Shown here: one piece after another, positions 32,903 through 42,264 of the stretch
Position numbering within the stretch: the stretch's first letter is position 1
Layout: each line of letters starts with the position of its first letter
NCBI GenBank assembly: GCA_963728205.1
Contig: CAVSIV010000002.1
Span: 64,001 to 128,000 of the forward strand
Source: an uncultured Chloroflexia bacterium
Lineage (GTDB): Bacteria > Chloroflexota > Dehalococcoidia > UBA2979
DNA length: 64,000 nucleotides
Reading direction: 5' to 3'
Notes under the pieces: generated by a model
Told to the model about the DNA's origin: nothing
The model's database searches: none
The model's input: the letters and a program-made list of their open reading frames with translations, nothing else
Translations under genes and position numbers: made by a program

Positions 32903-32950
32903 CTGGAGCCCGCCGGTCCGCCACCGGCGGGCTCCAGTCCGTTCTCCTTG
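32903..32950 (+). terminator. Strong hairpin with pyrimidine tail
   Basis: CTGGAGCCCGCCGGT-CCGCC-ACCGGCGGGCTCCAG followed by a CT-rich tract. Confidence 0.65.
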
Positions 32951-33034
32951 CTTCTCCCTTCGCTTCTCCCTGTGCCGCCGCGCCCGCCCGATACACTCGG
33001 AGCCACTCCTGACCGTGCGAGGCGGGGAGGGCGC

Positions 33035-33838
33035 GTGAGCCGCCACGTCCTGATGTGCGAGCCGGTCCACTACCGCATCGCCTACGAGATCAACCCGTGG
33101 ATGCGACGGGCGAACGCCGTCGACGGCCCGCGGGCGCTCGCGCAGTGGCGCGGGCTGCGGCACACGCTGGAGGCGCTCGGCGTCCGCGTGGAGTGCGTCG
33201 AGCAGCGGCCCGACGTGCCGGACATGACCTTCACCGCGAACGCCGGCCTCGTGCAGGGGCGGACGTTCGTGCCGTCGAACTTCCGCTATCCCGAGCGCGA
33301 GCCAGAGCAGCTGCACTTCGTCGAGTGGTTCGCGGCGCGCGGGTACGACGTCGCTCCGCTGCACCCCCCGCACTACTGGGAGGGCGAGGGTGACGCGCTG
33401 CCGGCCGACGGACGGCTCTTCGGCGGCTACCGCTTCCGCTCGGAGGAGGGCGCGTACGACCATCTCGAGATGCTGCTCGACGTGGCGGTCGAGCGGCTCG
33501 AGCTCGTGGACCCGCGCTTCTATCACCTCGATACGTGCTTCTGTCCGCTCGGGGAGCGCCGCGCCCTGTACTTCCCGCCGGCGTTCGCGCCGGCATCCCG
33601 CGCGCTGCTCGAGGCGTCGTTCGACGACCTCGTGGCCGTACCGGAGCCGGAGGCGCTGCGCTTCGCCTGCAACGCGCTGGTGGTCGACGGGGCGGTGGTG
33701 CTGAACAGCGGCTGTCAGGAGACCGAGCGCGCGCTGGCGGAACGCGGGCTGCGCGCGGTGACGAGCCCGACCGATGAGTTCATCAAGGCCGGCGGCAGCG
33801 TGAAGTGCCTGGTGCTGATGCTCGATGCGTACGCGTAG
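33035..33838 (+). CDS. Amidinotransferase/dimethylargininase (pentein) family protein
   Basis: YEINPWM, PDMTFTANAG, EGEGD, FYHLDTCF and KAGGSVKC motifs. Confidence 0.9.
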   Translation: MSRHVLMCEPVHYRIAYEINPWMRRANAVDGPRALAQWRGLRHTLEALGVRVECVEQRPDVPDMTFTANAGLVQGRTFVPSNFRYPEREPEQLHFVEWFAARGYDVAPLHPPHYWEGEGDALPADGRLFGGYRFRSEEGAYDHLEMLLDVAVERLELVDPRFYHLDTCFCPLGERRALYFPPAFAPASRALLEASFDDLVAVPEPEALRFACNALVVDGAVVLNSGCQETERALAERGLRAVTSPTDEFIKAGGSVKCLVLMLDAYA

Positions 33839-33849
33839 CGGTGAGAGGA

Positions 33850-33886
33850 GCGGACCGGCCGGTCGCACGGATGCCGGCCGGTCCGC
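33850..33886. terminator. Hairpin between convergent genes
   Basis: GCGGACCGGCCGG-n11-CCGGCCGGTCCGC. Confidence 0.55.
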
Positions 33887-33954
33887 GGTGCTGTCGCGAG
33901 GCACGCTCGTCGCCGCGCGCGTTGATGGCGTTCTAGGTGTCGTGGCGGCCGCTG

Positions 33955-34599
33955 TCAACGGATGTGATTGCCCTGCTCGGGGCGGTCGGCGCCGGCAACG
34001 CCGCCGGCGCGCACGAGCAGGTCCTCGAGCTCGAGCTGCCACTCGATCGCGGCGCGGCGGCGCTCCGGCGTATTCGCCAGCTCCTCGTAGATCGCCTGGC
34101 CCCAGCGCAGGTGCTCCTCCTTCTCGAGGAGAATGAGGTCGAGCAGGCGCGCAGTGGGGCCGTCGCAGACCGGATCGGTCGCGGCGCGGTGGTAGCGGTA
34201 GTTCACGGCGAGGTGCGTCTTCAGCACGCGGTAGAGGCCGACGACGCGCAGCAGCTCGTCGCCCTGCGCCTGCAGCGCGCCCGCGAAGCGGACGAACGCC
34301 TCGTTCGGCGGCTCGGCTTTGTCGGACCCGCGCAGGGTTGGCGGCTCGTCGTGGTGGGCGCCGTCGAGCACCCGCAGCTCGGGCAGGCGCTGGCCGAGCC
34401 ACACGTAATGCTGCGAGTCGTGGTACGCGCGCTCGGAGAGGCCCCACTTCACCTTGATCGTGGGGCAGGTCGGCGCCCAGCCGGCGCCGGTGACCATGCA
34501 GAGCCGCTCGGCGTAGCGGTAGTGGGTGATGCGGCGCGCATTCTCCTCGACACCGAACGCTCCGCCGATGCGCCGCGTGTCGATCGCGTACTCCGTCAT
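33955..34599 (-). CDS. Ferritin-like fold protein with degenerate iron ligands
   Basis: Helical pattern E...HDSQH...K...EKEEH where a diiron protein has E/ExxH/E/ExxH. GAAGGGG RBS. Confidence 0.65.
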   Translation of the reverse strand: MTEYAIDTRRIGGAFGVEENARRITHYRYAERLCMVTGAGWAPTCPTIKVKWGLSERAYHDSQHYVWLGQRLPELRVLDGAHHDEPPTLRGSDKAEPPNEAFVRFAGALQAQGDELLRVVGLYRVLKTHLAVNYRYHRAATDPVCDGPTARLLDLILLEKEEHLRWGQAIYEELANTPERRRAAIEWQLELEDLLVRAGGVAGADRPEQGNHIR

Positions 34600-34612
34600 C
34601 GTGGCAGCCCCT

Positions 34613-34963
34613 TCACCGCAGCGCCCTCCGCGGAGCGTCTGGAGCAAGCAGAGCGAGGCGACGTTCGATCACGCGGCGCGCGTCCGCGTCGAGCTCGGCC
34701 GTGACCAGCCGGCCGGACCGTGCGAAGTCGCGGGCGCGCTGCTTCGCGCGTTCGAGCTGCGCCGGCGCCGGAACGGTCTCGGGGTGCGAGGAGATGCAGT
34801 CGATCGGGCACACCTGCGCGCAGATCCCGCAGTCGATGCACCACTCGGCGTCGATCACGTGTCGGCGGCGCCCGGTCGAGAAGTAGTGCACCGTGCCCGT
34901 CGGGCACGCGAGCCGGCAGAGCCCGCAGTTGATGCAGGGCGTGGGGTCGATCACGTAGGTCAT
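34613..34963 (-). CDS. 2x[4Fe-4S] ferredoxin with C-terminal helical extension
   Basis: CINCGLCRLACP and CIDCGICAQVCP. The start overlaps the upstream stop (TGATG). Confidence 0.92.
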   Translation of the reverse strand: MTYVIDPTPCINCGLCRLACPTGTVHYFSTGRRRHVIDAEWCIDCGICAQVCPIDCISSHPETVPAPAQLERAKQRARDFARSGRLVTAELDADARRVIERRLALLAPDAPRRALR

Positions 34964-35868
34964 CAGGCGCCGGGCTCGTAGCCGCCGGTGAGCGACTGCC
35001 GCTCCTGCGCGCTCAGCGGTCGCGCCGGCAGCGCATCTGCGTCGGCGGAGTCGGACAGCGGGCCGACCAGCACCGACGTCGCGCGGTCGGTTTCGTTCTG
35101 GAGGAAGTCCATCACCTCCTCGCGCACCTGCGGCGCAACGTTGCGCCGCTGGTTCTCGCGGCCGGCCTCGGTCATCGCCTGCGCGCGCAGCGCCGCGCGC
35201 TCCGCCTGCGGATGCTCGTCGGCGATGCGCTTGAGGAACCAGTCGCCGATCGACACGTGCACGACCTCGTCGGCCCAGTTGTAGTCGTAGACGTGCTCCA
35301 TCAGGTGGTCGTCGATCCTCGCGCCGAGGCGGCTGACGCCCGAGAACAGGCGCAGCGCGGCGCCCTCGATTCCGACGTTCACGGACGACAGGATCATGAC
35401 AGGGTTCAGCGCCCGCACGCGCGCCGCGATCGCCTCCTCCTGCGTCTGCTGTTGCGCCTGGCTGGCACCGGCGAGGGTGTCCGGGTATTCGCCCAGGACG
35501 CCGCCGTAGCTCTCGAGCAGCTCGGTGCCGAGGCGCGCGTGCCGCACCTCGTCCCACGTCTGGCGCACCATCGCGAGCAGCAGGCCGTCGGGCAGCGGCT
35601 GGTCCTCCCAGCGCGCCACGTTGCGGCCGAAGGCGTCGATGCCGGCGTACTCGGCGCTCACGATCGAGGAGACGAGCGCGCGCCGGTACTCGAGGTCGTC
35701 GGGGTCCTGCAGCACGAGGCGCTGGAGGACGTCGGACGCGTAGTGGTCCGGGCCGCCGATGCGCTCATCGAGCCGCGCGCGCTCCGCGTCGTCGATCGTG
35801 GCGAGCGGGCGGTAGGGCGGGTTGCGCACCGCGGGGTGGTCGTCGAGGTAGTCGGAGAGGACGCCCAT
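34963..35868 (-). CDS. Ferritin-like diiron protein (DUF455-like)
   Basis: E73, D106-E107xxH110, E168, D200-E201xxH204 followed by VSIGDWF. AGGAGG RBS. Confidence 0.82.
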   Translation of the reverse strand: MGVLSDYLDDHPAVRNPPYRPLATIDDAERARLDERIGGPDHYASDVLQRLVLQDPDDLEYRRALVSSIVSAEYAGIDAFGRNVARWEDQPLPDGLLLAMVRQTWDEVRHARLGTELLESYGGVLGEYPDTLAGASQAQQQTQEEAIAARVRALNPVMILSSVNVGIEGAALRLFSGVSRLGARIDDHLMEHVYDYNWADEVVHVSIGDWFLKRIADEHPQAERAALRAQAMTEAGRENQRRNVAPQVREEVMDFLQNETDRATSVLVGPLSDSADADALPARPLSAQERQSLTGGYEPGA

Positions 35869-35963
35869 CGCTGCCTCCTATCGCCGTCGTGATGGGGATG
35901 GTAAGCGACCGGGGGCGAGGCAGTCGCACCCGGACCGCGGGCATCGCGTCCCAGCGCGGTCCC

Positions 35964-36020
35964 GGCAAGCGGCGGCAGGATGCCGCCGATACTGCCGGCG
36001 GCAGGATGCCGCCGCTTGCC
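35964..36020. repeat. REP-like doublet, family A
   Basis: Two CGGCGGCA-GGA-TGCCGCCG hairpins flanked by GGCAAG / CTTGCC. Confidence 0.85.
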
Positions 36021-36041
36021 ACGAGGCTGGGCCGGCGCCGG

Positions 36042-36389
36042 TCAGGCGCCCGCGTGGATCGCGCTCTCGAGCGTGTACTCGTAGTAGGTGATCGCCTCGC
36101 TCACCGAGAAGCGGTCGCGGATGAACTCGATCTCGGGCTGCTTCCTCAACACCGAGTCGAGGGTGAGGTTGGCGCCGAGTGCCGGCCAGCGCATGACGGC
36201 CGGCATCTTACGGCCCGGCCGCGGCTCAATCGTCTCGTCGAGCAACTCGGGCTTCATCGTCAGCAGCTTCAGGTACGCCGACGTCAGCGTCTTCACCGCG
36301 TCGGTCGCGTTGCCCTTGCGCATCATGTCGTGCGCGGACTCGATGAGCGCCCGCAGTTCAGAGTCGGTGACCTGCTCGGGCTTCGCCAT
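36042..36389 (-). CDS. Hypothetical protein (115 aa)
   Basis: Globular composition, GGAG RBS, directly downstream of the LLM gene. Confidence 0.8.
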   Translation of the reverse strand: MAKPEQVTDSELRALIESAHDMMRKGNATDAVKTLTSAYLKLLTMKPELLDETIEPRPGRKMPAVMRWPALGANLTLDSVLRKQPEIEFIRDRFSVSEAITYYEYTLESAIHAGA

Positions 36390-36422
36390 GCCGGGACTCC
36401 GCTCGAAGGTGCGCCGCGCTGG

Positions 36423-37673
36423 CTAGATCGACGAGTTCACGGGGAACTCGATCCCATGGAGCTGCTCGTCCCGCCACGGCCGGTGCACCTTCTCGTGGCG
36501 CTCCTTGAACTCCGGCAGGACCTCGCGGCCGAACGTCTCAATCGACTCCATGATGTGCTCGTGCTTCCGGTCGCCGGCCTGCGCGACGAAGATCATCACG
36601 TCGAGGTGCTGGTCTTCGTACTGCTTCAACGTCGCGCGCAGCCGCTGCGACGTGCCGATCGCGTTGCCGCTGCGGGCGGCGCGGTAGAGCGCGCGGCGCA
36701 CCTCGTCCTCGGGCTCCTCCGCGCGCAGCTCCGTCTCGGTGAGGAAGCCGCGGCGCTGCACCTGCACCTGCGCCTCGCCCTCGGACGAGCTGTCCCGGTA
36801 GCCGCGGTAGAGGTTGGTGCGGCCCGGCTGGTGCTTTCCGCCCGTCGTCGGGTTGTAGTAGTAGCCCAGCGAGTACGAGAAGAACCCGGGGCCGCCCGCG
36901 CTGCGCTTGATCGCCTCCTCGTCGGTCGGCCCCATCATGAAGGTGTTCAGCACCGCCAGGCCGGGGTTGATCGCGTGCCCGATCGGCATGCACTCCTCGC
37001 GGATCAGCCGGTAGTACTCCTGCGTCCGGTCGCCCAGCTCCTCCGGCGTCTCGAAGCCGAAGCCGAGCGACGCCATCCCGAGCCGCGCGGCGACCATCGT
37101 GGTCTCGCGTCGCGAGGCGGCGACCCAGAGCGGCGGGTGCGGCTTCTGCACCGGCTTCGGCACGACGTTCCGCGGAGGCATCGAGAAGAACTCGCCCTCG
37201 AAGCCCTGGTAGGGAACCTGCGTCATCATGTTGGTGATCTCGCGCGTCGCCTCTTCCCACATCGCCTTCTTCAGACCGCGGTCGACGCCGAAGCCGCCCA
37301 GCTCCATGTCCGACGACGACTCGCCGGACCCGAACTCCACGCGACCGTTCGAGAGGATGTCGAGCGCGGAGATCCGCTCGGCAACGCGTGCGGGGTGGTT
37401 GTATGCGGGCGGCGTGAGCACGATGCCGTGCCCCAGGCGAATGTTCTTCGTGCGCTGCGAGAGGGCGGCCATCATCAGCTCGGGCGTCGAGGAGTGCGAG
37501 TATTCCTCGAGGAAGTGGTGCTCCACTTCGAAGACATAATCAAATCCCAGCGAGTCGGCGAGCTCCACCTGGTCGAGCATCTCGTGGTAGATGCGCTGCT
37601 CGGCTTCGGGGTCCCACTGGTCACGGTCGTACGGCTTGGGGAGCTGGAGCTCGTAGAACAGCCCGAACTTCAC
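36423..37673 (-). CDS. LLM-class flavin-dependent oxidoreductase
   Basis: KFGLFYE, VEHHFLEEYSH, HPARVAE and PKPVQKPHPPLW motifs. Confidence 0.92.
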   Translation of the reverse strand: MKFGLFYELQLPKPYDRDQWDPEAEQRIYHEMLDQVELADSLGFDYVFEVEHHFLEEYSHSSTPELMMAALSQRTKNIRLGHGIVLTPPAYNHPARVAERISALDILSNGRVEFGSGESSSDMELGGFGVDRGLKKAMWEEATREITNMMTQVPYQGFEGEFFSMPPRNVVPKPVQKPHPPLWVAASRRETTMVAARLGMASLGFGFETPEELGDRTQEYYRLIREECMPIGHAINPGLAVLNTFMMGPTDEEAIKRSAGGPGFFSYSLGYYYNPTTGGKHQPGRTNLYRGYRDSSSEGEAQVQVQRRGFLTETELRAEEPEDEVRRALYRAARSGNAIGTSQRLRATLKQYEDQHLDVMIFVAQAGDRKHEHIMESIETFGREVLPEFKERHEKVHRPWRDEQLHGIEFPVNSSI

Positions 37674-37829
37674 GGTAGTGCCCCCTCGCGGTGACCGGCG
37701 GCGTGAGTGCGGCGAATGCTCTGCGGTGCCTCTGAGGGTGTCAAGGCATTACGCGCGCGCATCCAACAGGTGTGCGAGCACGGCGTGTAGCATGCCCGCA
37801 CGACGGCGATCGACGGGGGGAGCGAACCC

Positions 37830-39206
37830 ATGACGCAGACGAGCGACCGAGTCGGCGAGTACCTGCAGCGTGGTCTCGATCACCTCTGGGTGCACACGCA
37901 GCAGTACAACGAGCTCGCGCGCGAGGACGGCCTCGTCGTGATCACGCGCGGCGACGGCATCTACGTCGAGGACAGCAAGGGCCGCCGCTACATCGACGCG
38001 ATGTCCGGACTCTGGGTCGTCGCCGTCGGCCACGGCCGCAGCGAGCTGGGCGAGGTCGCGAAGCGCCAGATGGAGGCGCTCCCGTACGCCAACGCGTTCG
38101 CCTACGCGACCGAGCCGGCCATCGATCTCGCGACGAAGCTCGCGCAGATCACGCCGCCGAGCATCCAGAAGGCCTACTTCGTGAACTCCGGCTCGGAGGC
38201 CGTCGAGAGCGCGGTGCGCATGGCGAAGCAGTACCACTACAACCGCGGCGCGCAGCGCAAGCAGAAGGTGATCGCGCGCCAGGGCTCGTACCACGGCATC
38301 ACCGCGATGGCGATGTCGCTGAACGGCTCGACGTATGTCAACAAGAAGCCGTTCGAGCCGCTGATGCCCGGTGTGTTCCACGTCGAGAACGTGAACTGCG
38401 CACGCTGCCCGTTCGAGAAGACGTACCCGGAGTGCGATGTCTTCTGCGCGCGGCACATCGAGGACGAGGTGAAGTTCCAGGACCCGGCGACGGTCGCCGC
38501 GATCATCGCCGAGCCGATCTCGACGTCGAACGGCTGCTACGTCCCACCGCCCGAGTACTGGCGCACGCTGCGCGACATCTGCGACCGGCACGACATCGTG
38601 CTGATCGCGGACGAGGTGATCGACGGCTTCGGCCGCACCGGCGAGTGGTTCGGCATCCAGCACTTCGACGTCGAGCCCGACATCATGACGGTCGCGAAGG
38701 GGATCTCGTCGGGCTACGCGCCGATCGCGGCGACGCTCGCGTCGCAGCGCATCGCGGACGCGTTCGTCGGCGAGAAGGGCGACGCGCTGTCGGGCGGGAT
38801 CACGTGGGGCGCGCACCCGGTGTCGTGCGCCGTGGCGCTCGCGAACATCGAGATCATCGAGCGCGAGCGGCTCGTCGAGAACGCACGCGCCGTGGGCGAG
38901 CACCTCGCGACGCAGCTCGCGGAACTGCGCGCGCGGCACCGAGTGGTGTCGGACACGCGCGGCATCGGGCTGATGCACACGGTCGAGATGAAGCGCGACC
39001 CGGCGGCGGGCGAGGATTTCCGCGCGGAGGACGACGTGGCGACGCGCATGCCGGAGCTGCTGCGCGAGCAGGGGATCCTCTCGCGTGCCGGGGCGAGCAT
39101 CGCGGTGGCGCCGCCGCTCGTGATCAACCGCGAGGAGGTCGACAACCTGGTCGACGCGCTCGACCAGGCGATCGGGCGGCTGGAGCAGGACCTGCGCCTC
39201 GCGTAG
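37830..39206 (+). CDS. Class III (omega-amino acid/polyamine) aminotransferase
   Basis: DAMSGLW, NSGSEAVE, SYHG, LIADEVIDGFGRTG and AKGISSGY motifs. Confidence 0.93.
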   Translation: MTQTSDRVGEYLQRGLDHLWVHTQQYNELAREDGLVVITRGDGIYVEDSKGRRYIDAMSGLWVVAVGHGRSELGEVAKRQMEALPYANAFAYATEPAIDLATKLAQITPPSIQKAYFVNSGSEAVESAVRMAKQYHYNRGAQRKQKVIARQGSYHGITAMAMSLNGSTYVNKKPFEPLMPGVFHVENVNCARCPFEKTYPECDVFCARHIEDEVKFQDPATVAAIIAEPISTSNGCYVPPPEYWRTLRDICDRHDIVLIADEVIDGFGRTGEWFGIQHFDVEPDIMTVAKGISSGYAPIAATLASQRIADAFVGEKGDALSGGITWGAHPVSCAVALANIEIIERERLVENARAVGEHLATQLAELRARHRVVSDTRGIGLMHTVEMKRDPAAGEDFRAEDDVATRMPELLREQGILSRAGASIAVAPPLVINREEVDNLVDALDQAIGRLEQDLRLA

Positions 39207-39218
39207 GCGAGGCAGCCC

Positions 39219-40214
39219 TCAACTCACGCTGCGCAGGAACTCCACGAGCTCGGCGTTGACCGCATCGGGCCGATCCTGCTGGATCCAGTGCCCGGCGCCC
39301 GGTAGCAGCACGAACCGCCGCAGGTCCGGCACCGCCTCGCGCACGCGCTCCTCGAGGTCGTCGCCGGCGCCCATGATCCCGCCGCGCACGATCACCGGGT
39401 CGAGCGCGCCGGCGACGAAGAGCGCCGGCTGCGAGACCGGCACGCCGGCGAGCTGCGGGGTGAGCTGCCAGTTGCGGTCGAAGTTCCGGTAGTAATTCAC
39501 CGGGCCGCGGAAGCCCGAGTGGCGGAACTGCTCGACGTAGTAGTCGAGGTCGGCGCGCTCCAGCCAGGCGGGGAGCCCGGCGGGTTCGGGCAGACGGCCG
39601 ATCCATCCGCCCGCGCTCATCGCCGTGTCGGTGATCGACGGCGGCGCGGCGATGGGCGCGCCCGGCGACGTGTAGAGGCGGCGCAGGAACGTCTCCGGAT
39701 CGGCGTCGAACTCGGACTCGGCGACGCCCGGCTGCTGGAAGTAGAGGATGTAGAAGAAGCGGTCGCCGAAGCGACGGCGCATCGCGGACAGCGGCGCGAG
39801 CGGTGCGCGCCCGGTGTACGGCACGCTGAGCGCCGCGACGGCCCGGAAGCGGTCCGGCCGCAGCAGCGCGAGCTGCCAGGCGATGATCGCGCCCCAGTCG
39901 TGACCGACGACGACGGCGGTGGCCTCGCCCAGCGCGTCGAGCAGGCCCGTGGCGTCCGCCGCGAGGTGCGCGATGTCGTAGTCGTCGACGTCGCTCGGGG
40001 CGTCGGTCCCGCCGTAGCCCCGCAGGTCCGGCGCGACGGTGCGGAAGCCGGCGGTGGCCAGCGCCGGAAGCTGGTGGCGCCACGAGTACCAGGACTCGGG
40101 GAAGCCGTGAAGCAGCAAGACGGCGGGCCCGCGCCCGGCCTCGGCGACGCGCATGCGCAGCCCGTTCGCCTCGACCGTTCGCAGCTCGACACCCGGCGGG
40201 GTGGGATCCGGCAT
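39219..40214 (-). CDS. Epoxide hydrolase-like alpha/beta hydrolase
   Basis: HGFPE, GHDWGA, FYILYFQ, NYYRN and GHWIQQ motifs. Confidence 0.92.
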   Translation of the reverse strand: MPDPTPPGVELRTVEANGLRMRVAEAGRGPAVLLLHGFPESWYSWRHQLPALATAGFRTVAPDLRGYGGTDAPSDVDDYDIAHLAADATGLLDALGEATAVVVGHDWGAIIAWQLALLRPDRFRAVAALSVPYTGRAPLAPLSAMRRRFGDRFFYILYFQQPGVAESEFDADPETFLRRLYTSPGAPIAAPPSITDTAMSAGGWIGRLPEPAGLPAWLERADLDYYVEQFRHSGFRGPVNYYRNFDRNWQLTPQLAGVPVSQPALFVAGALDPVIVRGGIMGAGDDLEERVREAVPDLRRFVLLPGAGHWIQQDRPDAVNAELVEFLRSVS

Positions 40215-40355
40215 GACGCACCTCCGCCGGCAGTATGCGCGTCCGATCGGACGCCCGCCGCGCCGGCGGACATGCGCCGTCCGCTTGACGCGCTCGCCCG
40301 CACGGCCGACGCTCGCGCGCGCCATCACGCCTGCCATCGCACCGGAGGAAGCCAC

Positions 40356-41429
40356 ATGGAGACGCGCGCTGCCGTCCTCGTCGAGCACGGGAAACCACTG
40401 GCCGTCGAGGCCGTCACGCTCCCGGACCCGGGGCCCCTCGAGGTGCTCGTCCAGCTCTACGCCTCGGGGATCTGCCACTCGCAGCTGCACCAGCTGCACA
40501 ACCCGGATCAGGCCACGCCCGCGCTGCTCGGCCACGAGGCCACCGGCGTCGTCGTCGCCGCCGGACGCCAGGTCACGCACGTCCGCGAGGGCGACCGCGT
40601 CATGGTGACGTGGGTGCCGCGCGACGTGACGCCGGAGACCGCGCGCCTCGCGCGCTCGAAGTTCACGTTCCGCGGCGCCGAGCACGACGCGGGCGTCTAC
40701 ACCTGGGCCGAGCACGTCCTCACCCACGAGCAGCTCGTGCTGCCGCTCGACCCCGCGGTCCCGACCGACGTCACGGCGATCATCGGCTGCGCGACCGTCA
40801 CCGGCGTCGGCGCGGTGATGGGGACGGCGAAGGTGCAGCCGGGCGAGACCGTCGCGGTCTTCGGCGTCGGCGGCGTCGGCATTAACGTGATCGCCGGAGC
40901 GAAGATCGCCGGCGCCGCGCGCGTGATCGCGGTCGACCTCGACGACGCGAAGCTCGCGTGGTCGAAGGAGTTCGGCGCGACCGACGCGGTCAACGGCCGC
41001 ACGAGCGACCCCGTGGAGGCGATTCGCGAGCTCACCGGCGGCGGCGTCGACTACGCGTTCGACGCGATCGGCATGGAGTCGGTGATCAACCAGTGCCTGG
41101 AGTGCCTGCGGCCCGGCATCCTCGGCGCGCGGCGCGGCGGCACGGCGGTGTCGGTGGGCATCCCGCAGGGACCGGTGACGCTGCACCCACGGCTGTTCCC
41201 GATGGGCGAGCGCTCGCTGGTCGGCTCGCTCGGCGGCTCGAGCCACCCGCTCGAGGACTTCCCGCAGTACGTCGAGTGGTACAAGCAGGGCGCGCTGCCG
41301 CTCGACAAGATGATCACGAAGGTCTACCCGGGCCTCGACTCCATCAACGAGGGCGTGGCGGCGCTCGAGCGCGGCGAGATCACCGGGCGCTCGATCATGG
41401 TGTACGGGCACCCGGAGGGCGCGCGATGA
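40356..41429 (+). CDS. Zn-dependent alcohol dehydrogenase (MDR) lacking the structural-Zn loop
   Basis: GICHS, GHEA, IGCA and GVGGVG motifs, with no CxxCxxC lobe. GGAGG RBS. Confidence 0.88.
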   Translation: METRAAVLVEHGKPLAVEAVTLPDPGPLEVLVQLYASGICHSQLHQLHNPDQATPALLGHEATGVVVAAGRQVTHVREGDRVMVTWVPRDVTPETARLARSKFTFRGAEHDAGVYTWAEHVLTHEQLVLPLDPAVPTDVTAIIGCATVTGVGAVMGTAKVQPGETVAVFGVGGVGINVIAGAKIAGAARVIAVDLDDAKLAWSKEFGATDAVNGRTSDPVEAIRELTGGGVDYAFDAIGMESVINQCLECLRPGILGARRGGTAVSVGIPQGPVTLHPRLFPMGERSLVGSLGGSSHPLEDFPQYVEWYKQGALPLDKMITKVYPGLDSINEGVAALERGEITGRSIMVYGHPEGAR

Positions 41430-42253
41430 CGGCCGAGCTGACGGGGCTGCAAGACCGCGTCGCCGTCGTGACCGGCGCCGGTCGCATGCGCAGCATCGGT
41501 CGCGAGCTGGCGAAGGCGTTCGCCGCCGCCGGCTGCGACGTCGTCGTCACCGGGACGGGCCGCTCGCCCGACCGCTACCCCGACGACGAGCAGGCGGCGG
41601 GCTGGCGCGACATCGAGTCGGTCGCCGACGAGATCCGCGCGGCCGGTCGGCGCGCGCTGCCGCTGGTGAGCGACGTCTCGGATGAGGCTGAGGTGCAGCA
41701 GCTGCTCGACCGCGTGATCGGCGAGTTCGGGCGCGTCGACTTCGTGATCAACAACGCCGCCGCGGCGCGCGGTCGCGATCGCGTGCCGATGGTCGATATG
41801 CCCATCGACGCGTGGGACCTCGTGCACCGTGTGAACGTGCGCGGCACGATGCTGATGTCGCGTGCGTTCGGCCGGCGGCTGATCGAGCAGGGCGTGGGCG
41901 GAGCGATCGTGAACATCTCGTCGGTCGCGGGGAAGCTGCTCGGGCCGAACACGGGCGCGTACGCGTCGAGCAAGGCCGCGATCCAGGCGATGACCGCGGT
42001 GATGGCGCGCGAGGTCGGCCAGTACAACGTGCGCGTGAACGCGATCTGCCCTGGGCTCATCGACAACAACCGGCTCGACGACGTCCCGCGCGACAGCGAC
42101 CGCTGGCGGCAGATGGTCGCGAACATCCCGCTGCGTCGCACGAGCGCCGGCGAGGACGTGCCGAACATGGCGGTCTTCCTCTGCAGCGAGCAGGGCGCGT
42201 GGATCACCGGCCAGTCGATCAACGTCGATGGCGGCCTGGCCGTGCAGCACTGA
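41426..42253 (+). CDS. SDR family oxidoreductase
   Basis: VTGAGRMRSIG, NNAA, NISS, YASSK and ITGQSINVDGG motifs. ATGA overlap. Confidence 0.9.
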   Translation: MTAELTGLQDRVAVVTGAGRMRSIGRELAKAFAAAGCDVVVTGTGRSPDRYPDDEQAAGWRDIESVADEIRAAGRRALPLVSDVSDEAEVQQLLDRVIGEFGRVDFVINNAAAARGRDRVPMVDMPIDAWDLVHRVNVRGTMLMSRAFGRRLIEQGVGGAIVNISSVAGKLLGPNTGAYASSKAAIQAMTAVMAREVGQYNVRVNAICPGLIDNNRLDDVPRDSDRWRQMVANIPLRRTSAGEDVPNMAVFLCSEQGAWITGQSINVDGGLAVQH

Positions 42254-42264
42254 CGCGGTTGCGG

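Noticed and set aside
32735-33034. Known guanidine riboswitch
   Set aside because: No ykkC core, twin ACGR-loop hairpins or ykkC-III pattern was visible. It is kept only as an unknown RNA candidate.
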